This document shows, in pieces, positions 52,075-62,751 of a DNA stretch of 64,000 bases. Each line of letters opens with the position of its first letter. Within the stretch, counting starts at the first letter, position 1. Under the pieces are notes generated by a model. That model did no database searches. It was not told the DNA's origin and saw nothing but the letters and a program-made list of their open reading frames with translations. The translations under genes were made by a program, and so were the position numbers. Source of the DNA: Candidatus Caenarcanales bacterium (lineage in GTDB: Bacteria; Cyanobacteriota; Vampirovibrionia; Caenarcaniphilales; Caenarcanaceae); contig JASJDU010000002.1 in assembly GCA_030065015.1 (NCBI GenBank), forward strand, positions 14,615-78,614, written 5' to 3'.

Positions 52075-53144
52075 AAGCATTATCTATCATTGGTTACTAT
52101 GGTGCTGGTAATTTGGGCGATGAGCTATTGCTGAAATCAACAATTGACTTGATAGTGAAGAGCTTTTCTGTGCATGTAGAAGATTTGCAAATTAATATAT
52201 TCTCTTCTAATAAGAATTTAACTAAGTCTAAATATCCATCTTTTAGAGCTTTAAGCAAGTTTAGTCTCAAGGATTTGTTATTTGGAATAGTTTCTTCTGA
52301 GGCTTTAATTTTTGGAGGAGGGTCTGTTTTTCAGGATAAAAGTAGTTTTAGAAGTTGTTTTTATTATTTTGCAGTTTCTCTCTTGGCGAAAGCTTTAGGG
52401 AAAAAGCTAGTTTTCCTGGGACAAGGAATTGGCCCATTTGAAAATAACATTTCCAGGTTTTTGGCACAATTAGCTTTCCGAATGGGAGATTTTGTTTCGG
52501 TTAGAGATGCAAAAGCATACGAATTTGTTAAAAGCTTTTCTTCAACCGCTAAAATAACACCAGATCTAGTGTGGCTGAACCAAGAAGATTTGGACCTTAA
52601 GCAAGATGATTCTACTGAGAACAGAGTTTTAATATCTTTGAGAAGTGAATATATTTCCGAAAAGCAGCTTCAACCTTTAATTGAGTTTTTTAGTCAAAAA
52701 TGTTTTGAGGGATGTCAATTTGATTTAATTGCATTTCAGGAAACGGATCTTCAAGTCCTGAATAAGCTATCTCAAAGCTTGAATAATTCTTATGTTCATG
52801 AGATTTATTCGATAGACGTTTGGAGTTCTAAAGGAAAACAATTGTTTCAAAAAGCTAAATTGTCTCTCTCTATGAGATTTCATGCGGTGTTGTTATCAAT
52901 AAAAAGTGGAACAAAATGTATCGGTCTTTCTTACGATCCCAAGGTGGAGAGTCTGTGTACTTCTGTTAATTTCCCTTTTGTGAAAATGGATTCTTTGAAT
53001 TTTCAAAACCTCCAACAAAAATATCAAGAACTTGAGAGTGAAGATTCAGAGAAACTCACTCAGATTTCTAGACAAAATCATGAACTGACTCAGGCAATTA
53101 ATCATTCGTTAATAAAATCTCTGATTGAATCTCTAAAGAAGTAA
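52071..53144 (+). CDS. csaB: polysaccharide pyruvyl transferase CsaB family
   Basis: MKALSIIGYYGAGNLGDELLL N-terminus is typical of CsaB. The GTG start overlaps the slt stop (GTGA). Confidence 0.75.
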   Translation: MKALSIIGYYGAGNLGDELLLKSTIDLIVKSFSVHVEDLQINIFSSNKNLTKSKYPSFRALSKFSLKDLLFGIVSSEALIFGGGSVFQDKSSFRSCFYYFAVSLLAKALGKKLVFLGQGIGPFENNISRFLAQLAFRMGDFVSVRDAKAYEFVKSFSSTAKITPDLVWLNQEDLDLKQDDSTENRVLISLRSEYISEKQLQPLIEFFSQKCFEGCQFDLIAFQETDLQVLNKLSQSLNNSYVHEIYSIDVWSSKGKQLFQKAKLSLSMRFHAVLLSIKSGTKCIGLSYDPKVESLCTSVNFPFVKMDSLNFQNLQQKYQELESEDSEKLTQISRQNHELTQAINHSLIKSLIESLKK

Positions 53145-53187
53145 AATCTCTGGATATATATTGTTTGTATCTCTATAAAATATTTCA

Positions 53188-53943
53188 ATGGACTTTTTAG
53201 AAGGCTTGGAAAAAATAGAAATCCAGGGCGGTTATTCAATAACAACATCTGCGCAGACAGACTTGATGAAAGTTATTGAGCAAAAGTTGTTAAAAAAACA
53301 ACCGTTTAGAGTTGTGACTTTTAACCCTGAAATGATGGTTTATGCAGCTGAGAATAAAGAGTTTAAGGAGTCCATAATTTCTGCAGATGCAATTACACCG
53401 GATGGAATTGGCATAGTATTACTTCTCAAGAAGCTCGGATTGGAGGATGTAAAAAGACAGCCAGGGATTGAATTGAGCTGGGCAATTTTAGTTAAAGCGA
53501 TTGAATTACAGAGCTCTATTGCAATTATAGGTTCTACTGATGAAGCTTTAACTAAAGCAATTGATAATATTACCGAAAGAATTGGAAAACCAAATTTGGT
53601 GATGTCTCGCAGCGGTTTTTTTCGAGAAGATGAAGAAGCTATTATTATTGATAAGCTCACCGAACTTCAGCCTGACTTATTACTTGTTGCAATGCCTTTC
53701 CCTCGGCAAGAAGCTCTGTTAAGTAAATTGTTTCACAAAAGTCTTAAATCGGTTGGGGTTGGAGTTGGAGGCTCAATCGACGTATGGTCTGGGAAAATTC
53801 ATAGGGCACCTAAATTTATGCAACTGATTGGCCTTGAATGGCTTTGGAGACTTTTGAAGCAACCGTCTCGTTTAAGTAGATTGATGAAAACAATAGTCCC
53901 ATTTATGAAAATATATTTTTCTACGATTAAGAAGCCAGCTTAA
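53188..53943 (+). CDS. WecB/TagA/CpsF family glycosyltransferase (N-acetylmannosaminyltransferase-like)
   Basis: Family-typical C-terminus GLEWLWRLLKQPSRLSRL. Confidence 0.75.
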   Translation: MDFLEGLEKIEIQGGYSITTSAQTDLMKVIEQKLLKKQPFRVVTFNPEMMVYAAENKEFKESIISADAITPDGIGIVLLLKKLGLEDVKRQPGIELSWAILVKAIELQSSIAIIGSTDEALTKAIDNITERIGKPNLVMSRSGFFREDEEAIIIDKLTELQPDLLLVAMPFPRQEALLSKLFHKSLKSVGVGVGGSIDVWSGKIHRAPKFMQLIGLEWLWRLLKQPSRLSRLMKTIVPFMKIYFSTIKKPA

Positions 53944-54021
53944 TGGTTGATCAAAGAATTACAACTGCTTAATTTGACGTTAATGCCAATGGTATACCAT
54001 ATAAATTAACGGGGTATCATT

Positions 54022-54897
54022 ATGAGTTCAATTCCAAAAAAAGACTTGTCCTTGAAAATTAAACAAGGACTAAATGCATTAGCAGCAAATTCATTCGACC
54101 CTAATAGCCTTGCTAATATGGCTGCTGAGAAACTTTCTCAGAATCCAGCAGTGAAATCAGACGTTGATAGCTTTGTGAACTTAATAAAGAGTGAGGATGC
54201 TAGAAAAGATACAAATACAAAAATAGCTGGTCTGGATGCTTTCCTCGATAGACTGGCAAATGTAGATAATGATGGTGATAGTATTAGCCTGGATGAAAAC
54301 TCAGCGGAAGGTCAAATAGCAAGACTTTTTATAAATCCAGATAATCTGAAGCAGGATGATATGTCGCAAATTTTTACCCAAGCTGCTATAAAGAATGGAA
54401 TTGTAGAAATATTGCCGAATTCAAAGCAGAATACTGAATTTCGTAAAATCGCAAGTCAACAGGGTTTTTTAAGATCTAAGGAAGTGGAAATACCAATTAA
54501 CGGAGTGGAATCCCCAGAGTTTCAACAAGCTGTTTCTTACTATAATGATGCAAATCCAGATAATCCAGTTCCTGAATACTTTCAACCTGATTCTAAGAAT
54601 GAAGTCTCTGGGTTCATTCTCGGTATAGGTGAGTATGGTGCGAGAGTGGGATTATTACAAACTATAATTAATGAACTTATTGATGATGAATATATTGTAG
54701 GAATTGATAAACTTATAGTTGATAGTAAGTTTGGGTCTAAAACAGAAGTTGCTGTTAAACTCCTACAGGCAAAAATTAATGAGGGACTTGATCAAAATAA
54801 GAAAATCCCAGAAGACGGTGTTTTTGGCCCTTTAACCGAATATGGTCTTATAGAGAAGGATATAATTGCTGGTCTTGGCAAACTGAATATTACCTAA
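54022..54897 (+). CDS. hypothetical protein with C-terminal putative peptidoglycan-binding domain
   Basis: SKTEVAVKLLQ...EDGVFGPLTEYGL resembles the PG_binding_1 repeat. Confidence 0.45.
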   Translation: MSSIPKKDLSLKIKQGLNALAANSFDPNSLANMAAEKLSQNPAVKSDVDSFVNLIKSEDARKDTNTKIAGLDAFLDRLANVDNDGDSISLDENSAEGQIARLFINPDNLKQDDMSQIFTQAAIKNGIVEILPNSKQNTEFRKIASQQGFLRSKEVEIPINGVESPEFQQAVSYYNDANPDNPVPEYFQPDSKNEVSGFILGIGEYGARVGLLQTIINELIDDEYIVGIDKLIVDSKFGSKTEVAVKLLQAKINEGLDQNKKIPEDGVFGPLTEYGLIEKDIIAGLGKLNIT

Positions 54898-55026
54898 CTG
54901 TATTGCATGCTCTTTCGTTATAGGGAAAACGGAAAAATTTGCTGCTTATCCTGGAAATTACTGTTTCAGTCAGGGAATTAATGGCAATAAATATCTAGAT
55001 ATCGATAAGCCAAATTATAAAATCAT

Positions 55027-55701
55027 ATGAAAAAGCTTACTTTAATTTCTATTTCAGTTCTTGGAATTTTAGTTGTATTCGGAGTCCAAACCACAATTGG
55101 TCAGCAAAACCAGGGGTTCTATCAAAACTATGAGTCTAATCAACAAAGAAATGCTCCTGTAGATAATTCTCGTAGGATGGAAGGAGTGTTTCAAGAGCAA
55201 GAGACGGTTGAGTTTAGTGATATGGCAAAAAAAGATACTCTTTTAGCAAAAGAAAAAAAAGAGGATGAGTTTGTTGAAGAAAAGTTATTGCCTCAAAATT
55301 TAATGACAGTTCCCACTAGATCGAAAGTTCATTTTATAGAGGATTTTATTATTCCAGCAAATGAATCATCAATTCTTATTGGAAGTAATAAGGAAGGAGA
55401 ATATTTAACAGAGTGCCGTTTGAATTTATCTTCTTTTAAAACCAGCATAAGAAAAATACCGGCAGGAACCGAATTCGATATATTGGATACTAGACAGGAG
55501 TTTGGCTTGAGGGTCGATCTACTACTCGATTCTACAAATCTTCGTGCCGTAAGCTGTAACACTTATAAACCGATTGGTGACTCACAGAATGTATATTCTG
55601 AAAGTGATTTTCAGTTTACTGATTTATTTCAAGCCATTGATGCTATGGATGGGAAGGTTGAGCTCAAAATTAATGATGAGCCAATGTTGATAACAAACTA
55701 A
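55027..55701 (+). CDS. secreted hypothetical protein (signal peptide)
   Basis: MKKLTLISISVLGILVVFGVQTTIGQ signal; no motif. Confidence 0.45.
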   Translation: MKKLTLISISVLGILVVFGVQTTIGQQNQGFYQNYESNQQRNAPVDNSRRMEGVFQEQETVEFSDMAKKDTLLAKEKKEDEFVEEKLLPQNLMTVPTRSKVHFIEDFIIPANESSILIGSNKEGEYLTECRLNLSSFKTSIRKIPAGTEFDILDTRQEFGLRVDLLLDSTNLRAVSCNTYKPIGDSQNVYSESDFQFTDLFQAIDAMDGKVELKINDEPMLITN

Positions 55702-55890
55702 ACTGATCCAGGCAAAATGTCCCAAATTCAAGTTGTTGAAAAGTGAATCAATTATTTCTCAAAGTAAGATTTACTTGATTAAGAGGGTGTTGGGATTTTA
55801 AGTTTAGAAGAATTAATGGCAGTTGTTATCCATTTGTTTTTATGATTATCTCTGTTTAATATTTATTTGAAGTCAATATTCAGAATTTTC

Positions 55891-56634
55891 ATGAAAAAAT
55901 TAGCTTTCTTATTTGGTGTAGTCTTATTTATGTTTAATGGAAGCCTAGAATCAGGAGCGAAAAAACTCAATGTAATGGTTTTTGCTCCTCATCCTGACGA
56001 CGAAGTTATTGGCTGTGGGGGAAGTATTGCTAAACACGTTAAACAAGGTAATGAAGTTACCGTTGTATATATGACCTCTGGAGATTCTGGAAACATTGAA
56101 TATTCCAAAAAAGAATTAGCAAAACTTCGTGAAAATGAAGCTAAAGCGGGTGCTAAATTTCTTGGTGTTAATAAAGTTGTCTTCTTAAGAAATCCAGATG
56201 GATATTTAGAAGTTAATCAAGATAATCTGGTGAAAGTATTAAGTGTTATTAGAGAATACAAACCAGATGTAGTTTATGTCCCTAGTCGGGAAGAGGGGCA
56301 TAGAGATCATAAAAGCACTAATGCTATTGTGCTGGATGCTGTTGGAAGAGCTTCCGGGCCTTGGTTCCAAGAAACAAGTTATGCTCCTTGGAGTGTATCA
56401 ACCGTCTTGGAGTACGAAGTGAATCCTCCAATGCAAAATATACACTACTGTGAAGATATAAGTGATTTTATTGAATTAAAGGTTAAAGCTTTGCAAATGC
56501 ATAAGAGTCAAATTGATGATATCCACTATGATAAAGCCGTTGAAGCCTTGAATTTATACCGTGGAGCAATGACTCACGGCACAAATAAATACTCAGAATG
56601 CTTTAAAATTGTAAAGATTAAAAAAGTTTTCTAG
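55891..56634 (+). CDS. PIG-L/LmbE family N-acetylglucosaminyl deacetylase
   Basis: VFAPHPDDEVIGCGG and HRDHK motifs. ATG at 55891 (ORF-track TTG at 55867). Confidence 0.75.
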   Translation: MKKLAFLFGVVLFMFNGSLESGAKKLNVMVFAPHPDDEVIGCGGSIAKHVKQGNEVTVVYMTSGDSGNIEYSKKELAKLRENEAKAGAKFLGVNKVVFLRNPDGYLEVNQDNLVKVLSVIREYKPDVVYVPSREEGHRDHKSTNAIVLDAVGRASGPWFQETSYAPWSVSTVLEYEVNPPMQNIHYCEDISDFIELKVKALQMHKSQIDDIHYDKAVEALNLYRGAMTHGTNKYSECFKIVKIKKVF

Positions 56635-56638
56635 GACT

Positions 56639-56893
56639 CTAATTCTTGGATTCCCAGGCTAAACAATCCTCTTCTTCTTCAATTTCTTCGGCTACTTCAA
56701 AGATGAAATCTTCGGGGTACGCATTCTTGAATTGTTCGTATAGTTCGTTCTTACAGTAATAAGGACCATTGCCAAATTCGTACTCAGGCTCGTCTGAGTC
56801 ATCGTTTTCATTTTCTCGATAAGGTTCCTCTGGTTTATAGAAATTATCCAAGAACCACTCTTTAATTTCTTCCTTTGCTTTTTCTAGGTCCAT
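56639..56893 (-). CDS. small highly acidic protein
   Basis: ORF with ATG at 56893; D/E-rich. Confidence 0.35.
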   Translation of the reverse strand: MDLEKAKEEIKEWFLDNFYKPEEPYRENENDDSDEPEYEFGNGPYYCKNELYEQFKNAYPEDFIFEVAEEIEEEEDCLAWESKN

Positions 56894-57036
56894 TTTTATT
56901 AGCCTCAAGTATCCGACGGTATAGAAATCAATAACAAATGAAATGTTCCAAACCGCTTTATAATTCTTTCTATACTTTAACCCTTAGTTATTAGCTTTCC
57001 CAAAAGGTTATAAGCATAATCTAAATCACAAATATT

Positions 57037-57708
57037 ATGAAAACTTTATTAATGCTAAAAACTGTTTTCATACTCTGTTATTTATCTTCCATAAGCTCTA
57101 TTGCCGAACAAACTGTCTTACCAGTTGAGGTCCAGGGTCAAATGATTGGAAGAGGACTTCATAGCGAAAGTTCAATGCAAGGTGACGAAGTGGAGGTGGA
57201 ATTGCTTGAACCGATAAATTTATACAACCAAAGAGTTTTCATTCCTCGTAATTCAGTCGTAGTTGGAAAGGTTCTCAAAGTTGAGGAGTCTGGAAGAGGT
57301 CTACAAAAAGGGAAAATAAGAGTTGTTTTCGACAAAATTATCTATCCAAATGGTTTTATTTTAGGAACCGAGTCTTATATCTCTGGTAGCCAAAATACAA
57401 GGGCAGAAACTCAAAAGCAGCAGATAAATGGTAAAGCCAATTGGAAACAAAAATTATTGAGAGCCGGAAAGTTAACAACCGGTTTTGTACTTGGAGGACC
57501 TGTTGGCGGAGCAATTGCCGCTGGAACATTAATCTTCGATAAAGGAGGGAGAATAAAAATAAGACCCGGAGATCCGGTGAATATTTATGTAGCATCAATC
57601 TATTTTGTTGAGCAAAGAAATAATGTTGAAGGGAAATTAATTGAAAAGTTCAATGAATCTCCTCAAACGATTAAGCCCGCATTACCAATGCCAAAACCTT
57701 TATACTGA
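57037..57708 (+). CDS. secreted hypothetical protein
   Basis: N-terminal signal peptide and a Gly-rich C-terminal region. Confidence 0.45.
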   Translation: MKTLLMLKTVFILCYLSSISSIAEQTVLPVEVQGQMIGRGLHSESSMQGDEVEVELLEPINLYNQRVFIPRNSVVVGKVLKVEESGRGLQKGKIRVVFDKIIYPNGFILGTESYISGSQNTRAETQKQQINGKANWKQKLLRAGKLTTGFVLGGPVGGAIAAGTLIFDKGGRIKIRPGDPVNIYVASIYFVEQRNNVEGKLIEKFNESPQTIKPALPMPKPLY

Positions 57709-57824
57709 TTCCTTTGAAGATTGAATTCTTATTGCTTGTGAAATCTCAAACGATTAAGCTTTATAATTCTGCTAATAGTTCCACTATTAATTCTCTATAT
57801 ACTCATTTCTAAATCTATAAAATT

Positions 57825-58985
57825 ATGTTTGAACAAAAGCGCTTTTTGATGATTCCAGGACCCACCCCGGTGCCAGAATCAGCACTTTTGACTTTAGCAA
57901 AACATCCGCTTCCTCATAGAAGTCCTGAATTCTCTGAGATTTTTATGGCTTGTAATGCTGGTTTAAAAAAAATTGCACAGACAGAAGAAGCCACTCCCTT
58001 TATTTATGCCGCTAGTGGAACCGGTGGTATGGAAGCAGTGTTGGCTAATCTATTGAATCCTGGAGAAAAAGTCTTATCAGTTGTAAATGGGGTTTTTAGT
58101 AAGCGTTGGGCTGATATGGCATCCGGCTTTGGCGCTGAAGTTAAGAGAATTGAGGTGGAATCTGGAAAAGCAGTGCAACCTGAAGAGATTGAAAAAATAT
58201 TAAATGATGATTTAAATAAAGAAATTAAGTTAGTTTTGGTTACCTTCTCTGAAACTTCAACCGGAGTTGGAAATCCACTAAAAGAAATTACTAGTATTGT
58301 TCGTAAGCATGGAGCTTTGATTGCTGTTGATGCGATAACTGGTCTCGGTGCTATGCCTTTGAAAATGGATGAATGGGGGGTAGATGTAATTGTCTCTGGT
58401 AGCCAAAAAGGGTTTATGATTCCTCCTGGATTGTCTTTCGTTTGGGCTGGTCCAAGGGCACTTGAAAAGCACAAACAATCAAAATTTCCAAGATTTTATT
58501 GGGACTGGAGTAAATCAATCAAAGCTCTTGAAAATCAAACAACCGCTTTTACTCCGAATGTATCTTTTATTGCTGCTCTTCACAACACTCTCAATTTAAT
58601 GTTAAATGAGGGTGTTGAAAATATTTGGCAAAGGCATGAAAGATTGAAGCAGTGTACGAGAAAGTCTATTGAAGCCATGGGATTGAAGCTTTTTGCTTCA
58701 GATGAAGATGCAAGTGCTGCAATTACCTCGATAATTCCTCCAAATAACGTAAGTGTTTCAGATTTGCGTAAAAAGCTTAAAAATGATTGGGAAATTGTTG
58801 TTGCAGATGGTCAGGTGGATTTGAAAGGGAAAATCTTTAGAATAGGACATCTCGGTTTTGTTTTCGACAGAGATGTTTTAACTGCACTTTCAGCGGTATC
58901 TAGAGTTCTAGAAGATTTAGGCCATGACACTGGAACAAGATGGATGAAAGTTTATGAAGAAACTTTGAAGGCACATAAAAGTTAA
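57825..58985 (+). CDS. class V aminotransferase (serine-pyruvate/alanine-glyoxylate or archaeal-type phosphoserine aminotransferase)
   Basis: FLMIPGPTPVPESAL...HRSPEF N-terminus and SGSQKG (PLP lysine). Confidence 0.85.
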   Translation: MFEQKRFLMIPGPTPVPESALLTLAKHPLPHRSPEFSEIFMACNAGLKKIAQTEEATPFIYAASGTGGMEAVLANLLNPGEKVLSVVNGVFSKRWADMASGFGAEVKRIEVESGKAVQPEEIEKILNDDLNKEIKLVLVTFSETSTGVGNPLKEITSIVRKHGALIAVDAITGLGAMPLKMDEWGVDVIVSGSQKGFMIPPGLSFVWAGPRALEKHKQSKFPRFYWDWSKSIKALENQTTAFTPNVSFIAALHNTLNLMLNEGVENIWQRHERLKQCTRKSIEAMGLKLFASDEDASAAITSIIPPNNVSVSDLRKKLKNDWEIVVADGQVDLKGKIFRIGHLGFVFDRDVLTALSAVSRVLEDLGHDTGTRWMKVYEETLKAHKS

Positions 58986-59106
58986 AGGTATTTTTTATTT
59001 ATTACTTACTGGCTGGTTTCGGGTTAACAGTTATACTGAAAACAGTGATAAATTTTTAAGAATCTCATTTTGAATAATTTAATTTGCTTACTCTCATTTA
59101 TTCAGT

Positions 59107-61152
59107 ATGCTCTCAAGTATAAGTCAATGGAAGTTTGCTTCAAGTTTAAAATGTTTATCAATTAATTCATATAGTAAGAGTTCTACTCTAGTAAAGGCCA
59201 GTCACGGAACCGTTTTCAACTCTTCAAGAGAAAGAAAAGGGCATGAGTTTAGAGAAATTCAAAAGTTACGTTCAGGGTTTCGATTGCTAAAAGTCGATTC
59301 TAAGAGCAATCCTTATTTTATTGGTTATTCGGGCGGGATTAAGAGAGTTGAAGAACGATTTAGACTCCAAACTTCTAGATGTCACGATGTTATACCCCTC
59401 AATAATGGAGAGAATCAAGAACCAAGCTTTTTAGTGATTAAACAAAAAAATCCAAGGACTCAAGATATTGATGGAGGAATATTATTTATAGTTTCAAAAA
59501 AAGGAAGAGATGGCTTCCGCAGATTAGAATCTAAGACTGCAAAGCTAAATGAATTTAATGACAATGATTGGTTTTCAATCACTTTCCCAAAAGATAAAAG
59601 AATTGCTTTTTATCAGTTTAATGGAGAAAAAAACTCTTTTGAATTGTTTCAAACAGCTGCACTAAATGAAAATAATCAATTTAGTGTGATTGAAAATTTA
59701 ATTGCTCCAAGTGGCAATATAGTGAAAAAAAATAATAATTGTGATGTTGCCAGATACAGGGTCTTATCAGATAATCTAAATCAATTTGCTATTAAGTATA
59801 AAGATGCAAAGTGTTCTTTAATTCATTTGTCGACATTTCAAGAACTTGCAAATGTTCCAAGTGGTTCTGAGATTGATGTTATTGATAGTAAAAAGGGTTT
59901 GTTTTATGTCTTAGGAGAAGCAAATCAACTTCATCTTTTTAGATTTTATGATGGGGCTTTGGATTTAATAAATATACTGAGAGGCAAAAATGAAAATGTA
60001 AAAGTAATGAAAACGAAAGATGGTCCTTATATAGGATTAACAAATGATCAAAAAGGCATAATTATTAATCCTGAAAAGGGAGAAGTGATTTTACAGTCAG
60101 GAGAACTGAGGTGGCCTTCTGGTGATAGAGTCCCAGGTGCTTTGGTCGGTAAATCTATTCATTTTTCAACTGTAAATGGTTATAGACGAAATGGAACCGT
60201 CAACCTTAGAATGGGACCCTTCGATGAAGGAGTAGTAGATTTCCGAGTTCCAAACAATGAAATCGTTGATGCTAAATTGTCTTTGACATATTCCCTTGTT
60301 TTACCTTCTTACTGGAATTCGCTCAAAACCGGTTTTGAACCTTACGCAAAACTTTTAAGGAATAAAATTAAAGAATCGGCACCAAATGATTATAAAAAAG
60401 TTGTTTCTAGAATTGGCACAACAAAACTCGAAAACCTAGGTGCGAAAGGGGATTTCTTTTTTGGGATGCAACTTGTACTTCCACCATCGACAAGATGCCA
60501 TAAGTCTGAAGAGAGAACAATCACTATCTGTCAAATTCCTAATGCTGATAATCCGAATAATTCTAAAATAAGGCTTAATATCATCTTTGGGCAAGGTGGC
60601 AGGGAATTAAGTCTTATTCTTCCTCCTTTGAGTACTATCTGCAAAGATGACGGAATGAGAATACTGCATGGATCTGAAATTGGATTTTTCTCTGAAGATT
60701 TGGGCCTTCTATCAGAAGTGAACTTAATTATTAATAGCCTTGGAACCATAATGAGAATACTCACTCTAGAAGAACCAAATCAGTTTATGATTGATGAAAG
60801 AGGTTATTTTGATGTCTATAGGTATGATTCTCTCGCTCAAGAACTAGGTTTGGTATCTCCACCAACTTCCAACAATCAGGCACCTTTCTTTGAGCAAATA
60901 CAATCTAGTTTTAGAAGATCTCGGGATCAATCTGAAGAGCAATTTCGCAATATGATCTTTCAAGAAATTCATAATCGGATTAAAGAGGCTTGTTATTTTT
61001 TACTAACTAATACGAAGGGAAACTATGTAAGGCTTCCTAGGCTAGGCATAAGACCAATTATAATCGTAGGAGATCCACTCACTTCAGAAATTCATTATGA
61101 AGAATTAAAAGATGATTTTGGTCTAACAATAGATGCTATTTTAAAAGATTAA
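59107..61152 (+). CDS. large hypothetical protein
   Basis: 681-aa ORF, ATG start, no recognisable domain. Confidence 0.4.
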   Translation: MLSSISQWKFASSLKCLSINSYSKSSTLVKASHGTVFNSSRERKGHEFREIQKLRSGFRLLKVDSKSNPYFIGYSGGIKRVEERFRLQTSRCHDVIPLNNGENQEPSFLVIKQKNPRTQDIDGGILFIVSKKGRDGFRRLESKTAKLNEFNDNDWFSITFPKDKRIAFYQFNGEKNSFELFQTAALNENNQFSVIENLIAPSGNIVKKNNNCDVARYRVLSDNLNQFAIKYKDAKCSLIHLSTFQELANVPSGSEIDVIDSKKGLFYVLGEANQLHLFRFYDGALDLINILRGKNENVKVMKTKDGPYIGLTNDQKGIIINPEKGEVILQSGELRWPSGDRVPGALVGKSIHFSTVNGYRRNGTVNLRMGPFDEGVVDFRVPNNEIVDAKLSLTYSLVLPSYWNSLKTGFEPYAKLLRNKIKESAPNDYKKVVSRIGTTKLENLGAKGDFFFGMQLVLPPSTRCHKSEERTITICQIPNADNPNNSKIRLNIIFGQGGRELSLILPPLSTICKDDGMRILHGSEIGFFSEDLGLLSEVNLIINSLGTIMRILTLEEPNQFMIDERGYFDVYRYDSLAQELGLVSPPTSNNQAPFFEQIQSSFRRSRDQSEEQFRNMIFQEIHNRIKEACYFLLTNTKGNYVRLPRLGIRPIIIVGDPLTSEIHYEELKDDFGLTIDAILKD

Positions 61153-61165
61153 TAATCTTGAATCT

Positions 61166-62608
61166 CTAAATACCTAAACTAGCAAAATTTCCTAGCTTAG
61201 GGGGAATTGTTTTATTAGCTATATTGTTTGAATCCTGCTGTGATACCGAAATACCTTGTGATTTCTTAGATTGTTCGTGCTTATGGATTTGTGCTGTTCT
61301 TAAATAATTAACCCAACTTACTCCAATACCAGCAAGTAGAGCCATCCAGTAAGGAGCTCTATGGTCCATAAAATGTATTCTTTTCAGGGCCTTTTGGTAT
61401 TTCTCTTTATTTGTTCTTTTAAGATTTTGCATAGCTTCTAGGGAGGTTATGCGTCCAGAGAATTCTTCTCCCTTGTTTTTCTGTATTCCAACGAGACCTA
61501 AATCGAAAATATTTCTAGAACCTTCGTTAATTTCTTTGAAGTAATTTTGAGGTGGGGCAAGTATATTGCCAAGTCCCATAGATAGACCCGTTATCCAGGC
61601 GAGAAAGTTGCCAATTATTTGTTTGAAGAAAAGCGCCATTGGTGTTGAATAGCAGAGTACCCGAAATTTAACCTCTAATTCTTCGGCTTTGTTACGAGCA
61701 ACACTTGGGTAAGCAAAGAGTCCCGCAGTTAAAACCGAAATAGCAACTAGAGTTTTTGGGTGTCCAAACTTGTCCGATAAGTCAAAAAGCTTTGAGGCTT
61801 TATTTATAAATTGAGAGTTCTTGATTTTGCTTGATTTGCCAGCAAGTTTACCAAGACCAAAGAGGCAAAGAAGTGTTAAAGGTAGTGCTATTAATAAATT
61901 ACCTAAGTTGATTTTTGCTTGTTTTATTGCATGATCTCCTTCGTCTTTATTTTCATCACTTTTCTCATTCAATCCTGAAATTGTGTAAAAGTTGCTGGTT
62001 CCAAAGATTTTATCGACCGCTAGAACTTTGAGACTGGAAGATAAAAACTCCATGCAAAAGCAGTAAAAACCCAACATTGAAAAAAGCGCTAACTTTGCTA
62101 GAGAAACTTTGCCTAAAACGTCTTTTGTAATTTTGATCTTTTGAGGTTTTATGGTTCCGACTTCGATCGATTTGCCGAGATGCTTTTCTAACTCGTGAAC
62201 TGGTTTACCGAGCATTTCATAGTGTGGAATCCCTAGAGAGTGTGATAACGGTTTTGCTAAAGAAACCCCAATGCTTGTGGTTAAAATGAATGAGAAAAGG
62301 TATTGGAATAACTCTAAAATTGCTTCATCAACAGCTATAAGCGGTGTATTCCTTATAATCATACCGGCACCAGCCCTTGGAATTAATTGCATCATGGCTT
62401 CTTGTATTGACTGGCTAATTCCATTAATGAAATTACCGATTACTAATGTCTCGGATAAGCCAACTGGCAATAAGTTTAAAGAGTTTGATATCCCTGTTTT
62501 GACACCTTTCGGTAAATTCTCGGGGAGACTATTCTTTGCGTGATTTGAGATTGCTTTTTTATAAGCCTCTATTGTTGAACCGCTGTTTAATATTGCTGGG
62601 ACGTTCAT
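61166..62608 (-). CDS. polytopic membrane protein, unknown function
   Basis: Multiple hydrophobic helices. Convergent with the preceding gene, with a 13-nt gap. Confidence 0.45.
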   Translation of the reverse strand: MNVPAILNSGSTIEAYKKAISNHAKNSLPENLPKGVKTGISNSLNLLPVGLSETLVIGNFINGISQSIQEAMMQLIPRAGAGMIIRNTPLIAVDEAILELFQYLFSFILTTSIGVSLAKPLSHSLGIPHYEMLGKPVHELEKHLGKSIEVGTIKPQKIKITKDVLGKVSLAKLALFSMLGFYCFCMEFLSSSLKVLAVDKIFGTSNFYTISGLNEKSDENKDEGDHAIKQAKINLGNLLIALPLTLLCLFGLGKLAGKSSKIKNSQFINKASKLFDLSDKFGHPKTLVAISVLTAGLFAYPSVARNKAEELEVKFRVLCYSTPMALFFKQIIGNFLAWITGLSMGLGNILAPPQNYFKEINEGSRNIFDLGLVGIQKNKGEEFSGRITSLEAMQNLKRTNKEKYQKALKRIHFMDHRAPYWMALLAGIGVSWVNYLRTAQIHKHEQSKKSQGISVSQQDSNNIANKTIPPKLGNFASLGI

Positions 62609-62751
62609 TTAAGACGTTATAGAAATTTAAGATGGGTAAGGGAAATATGAAAATTTCTAAAAGAAGCTGCGCCAGCACTTAAATTGAAATGAAGATACGA
62701 AGATTAAAATTTGATTAAGCATTGTCCGTATATATTAGCAAACAAAACTAG

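Noticed and set aside
58004-58474. 156-aa and 66-aa minus-strand ORFs
   Set aside because: Antisense within the class V aminotransferase gene.
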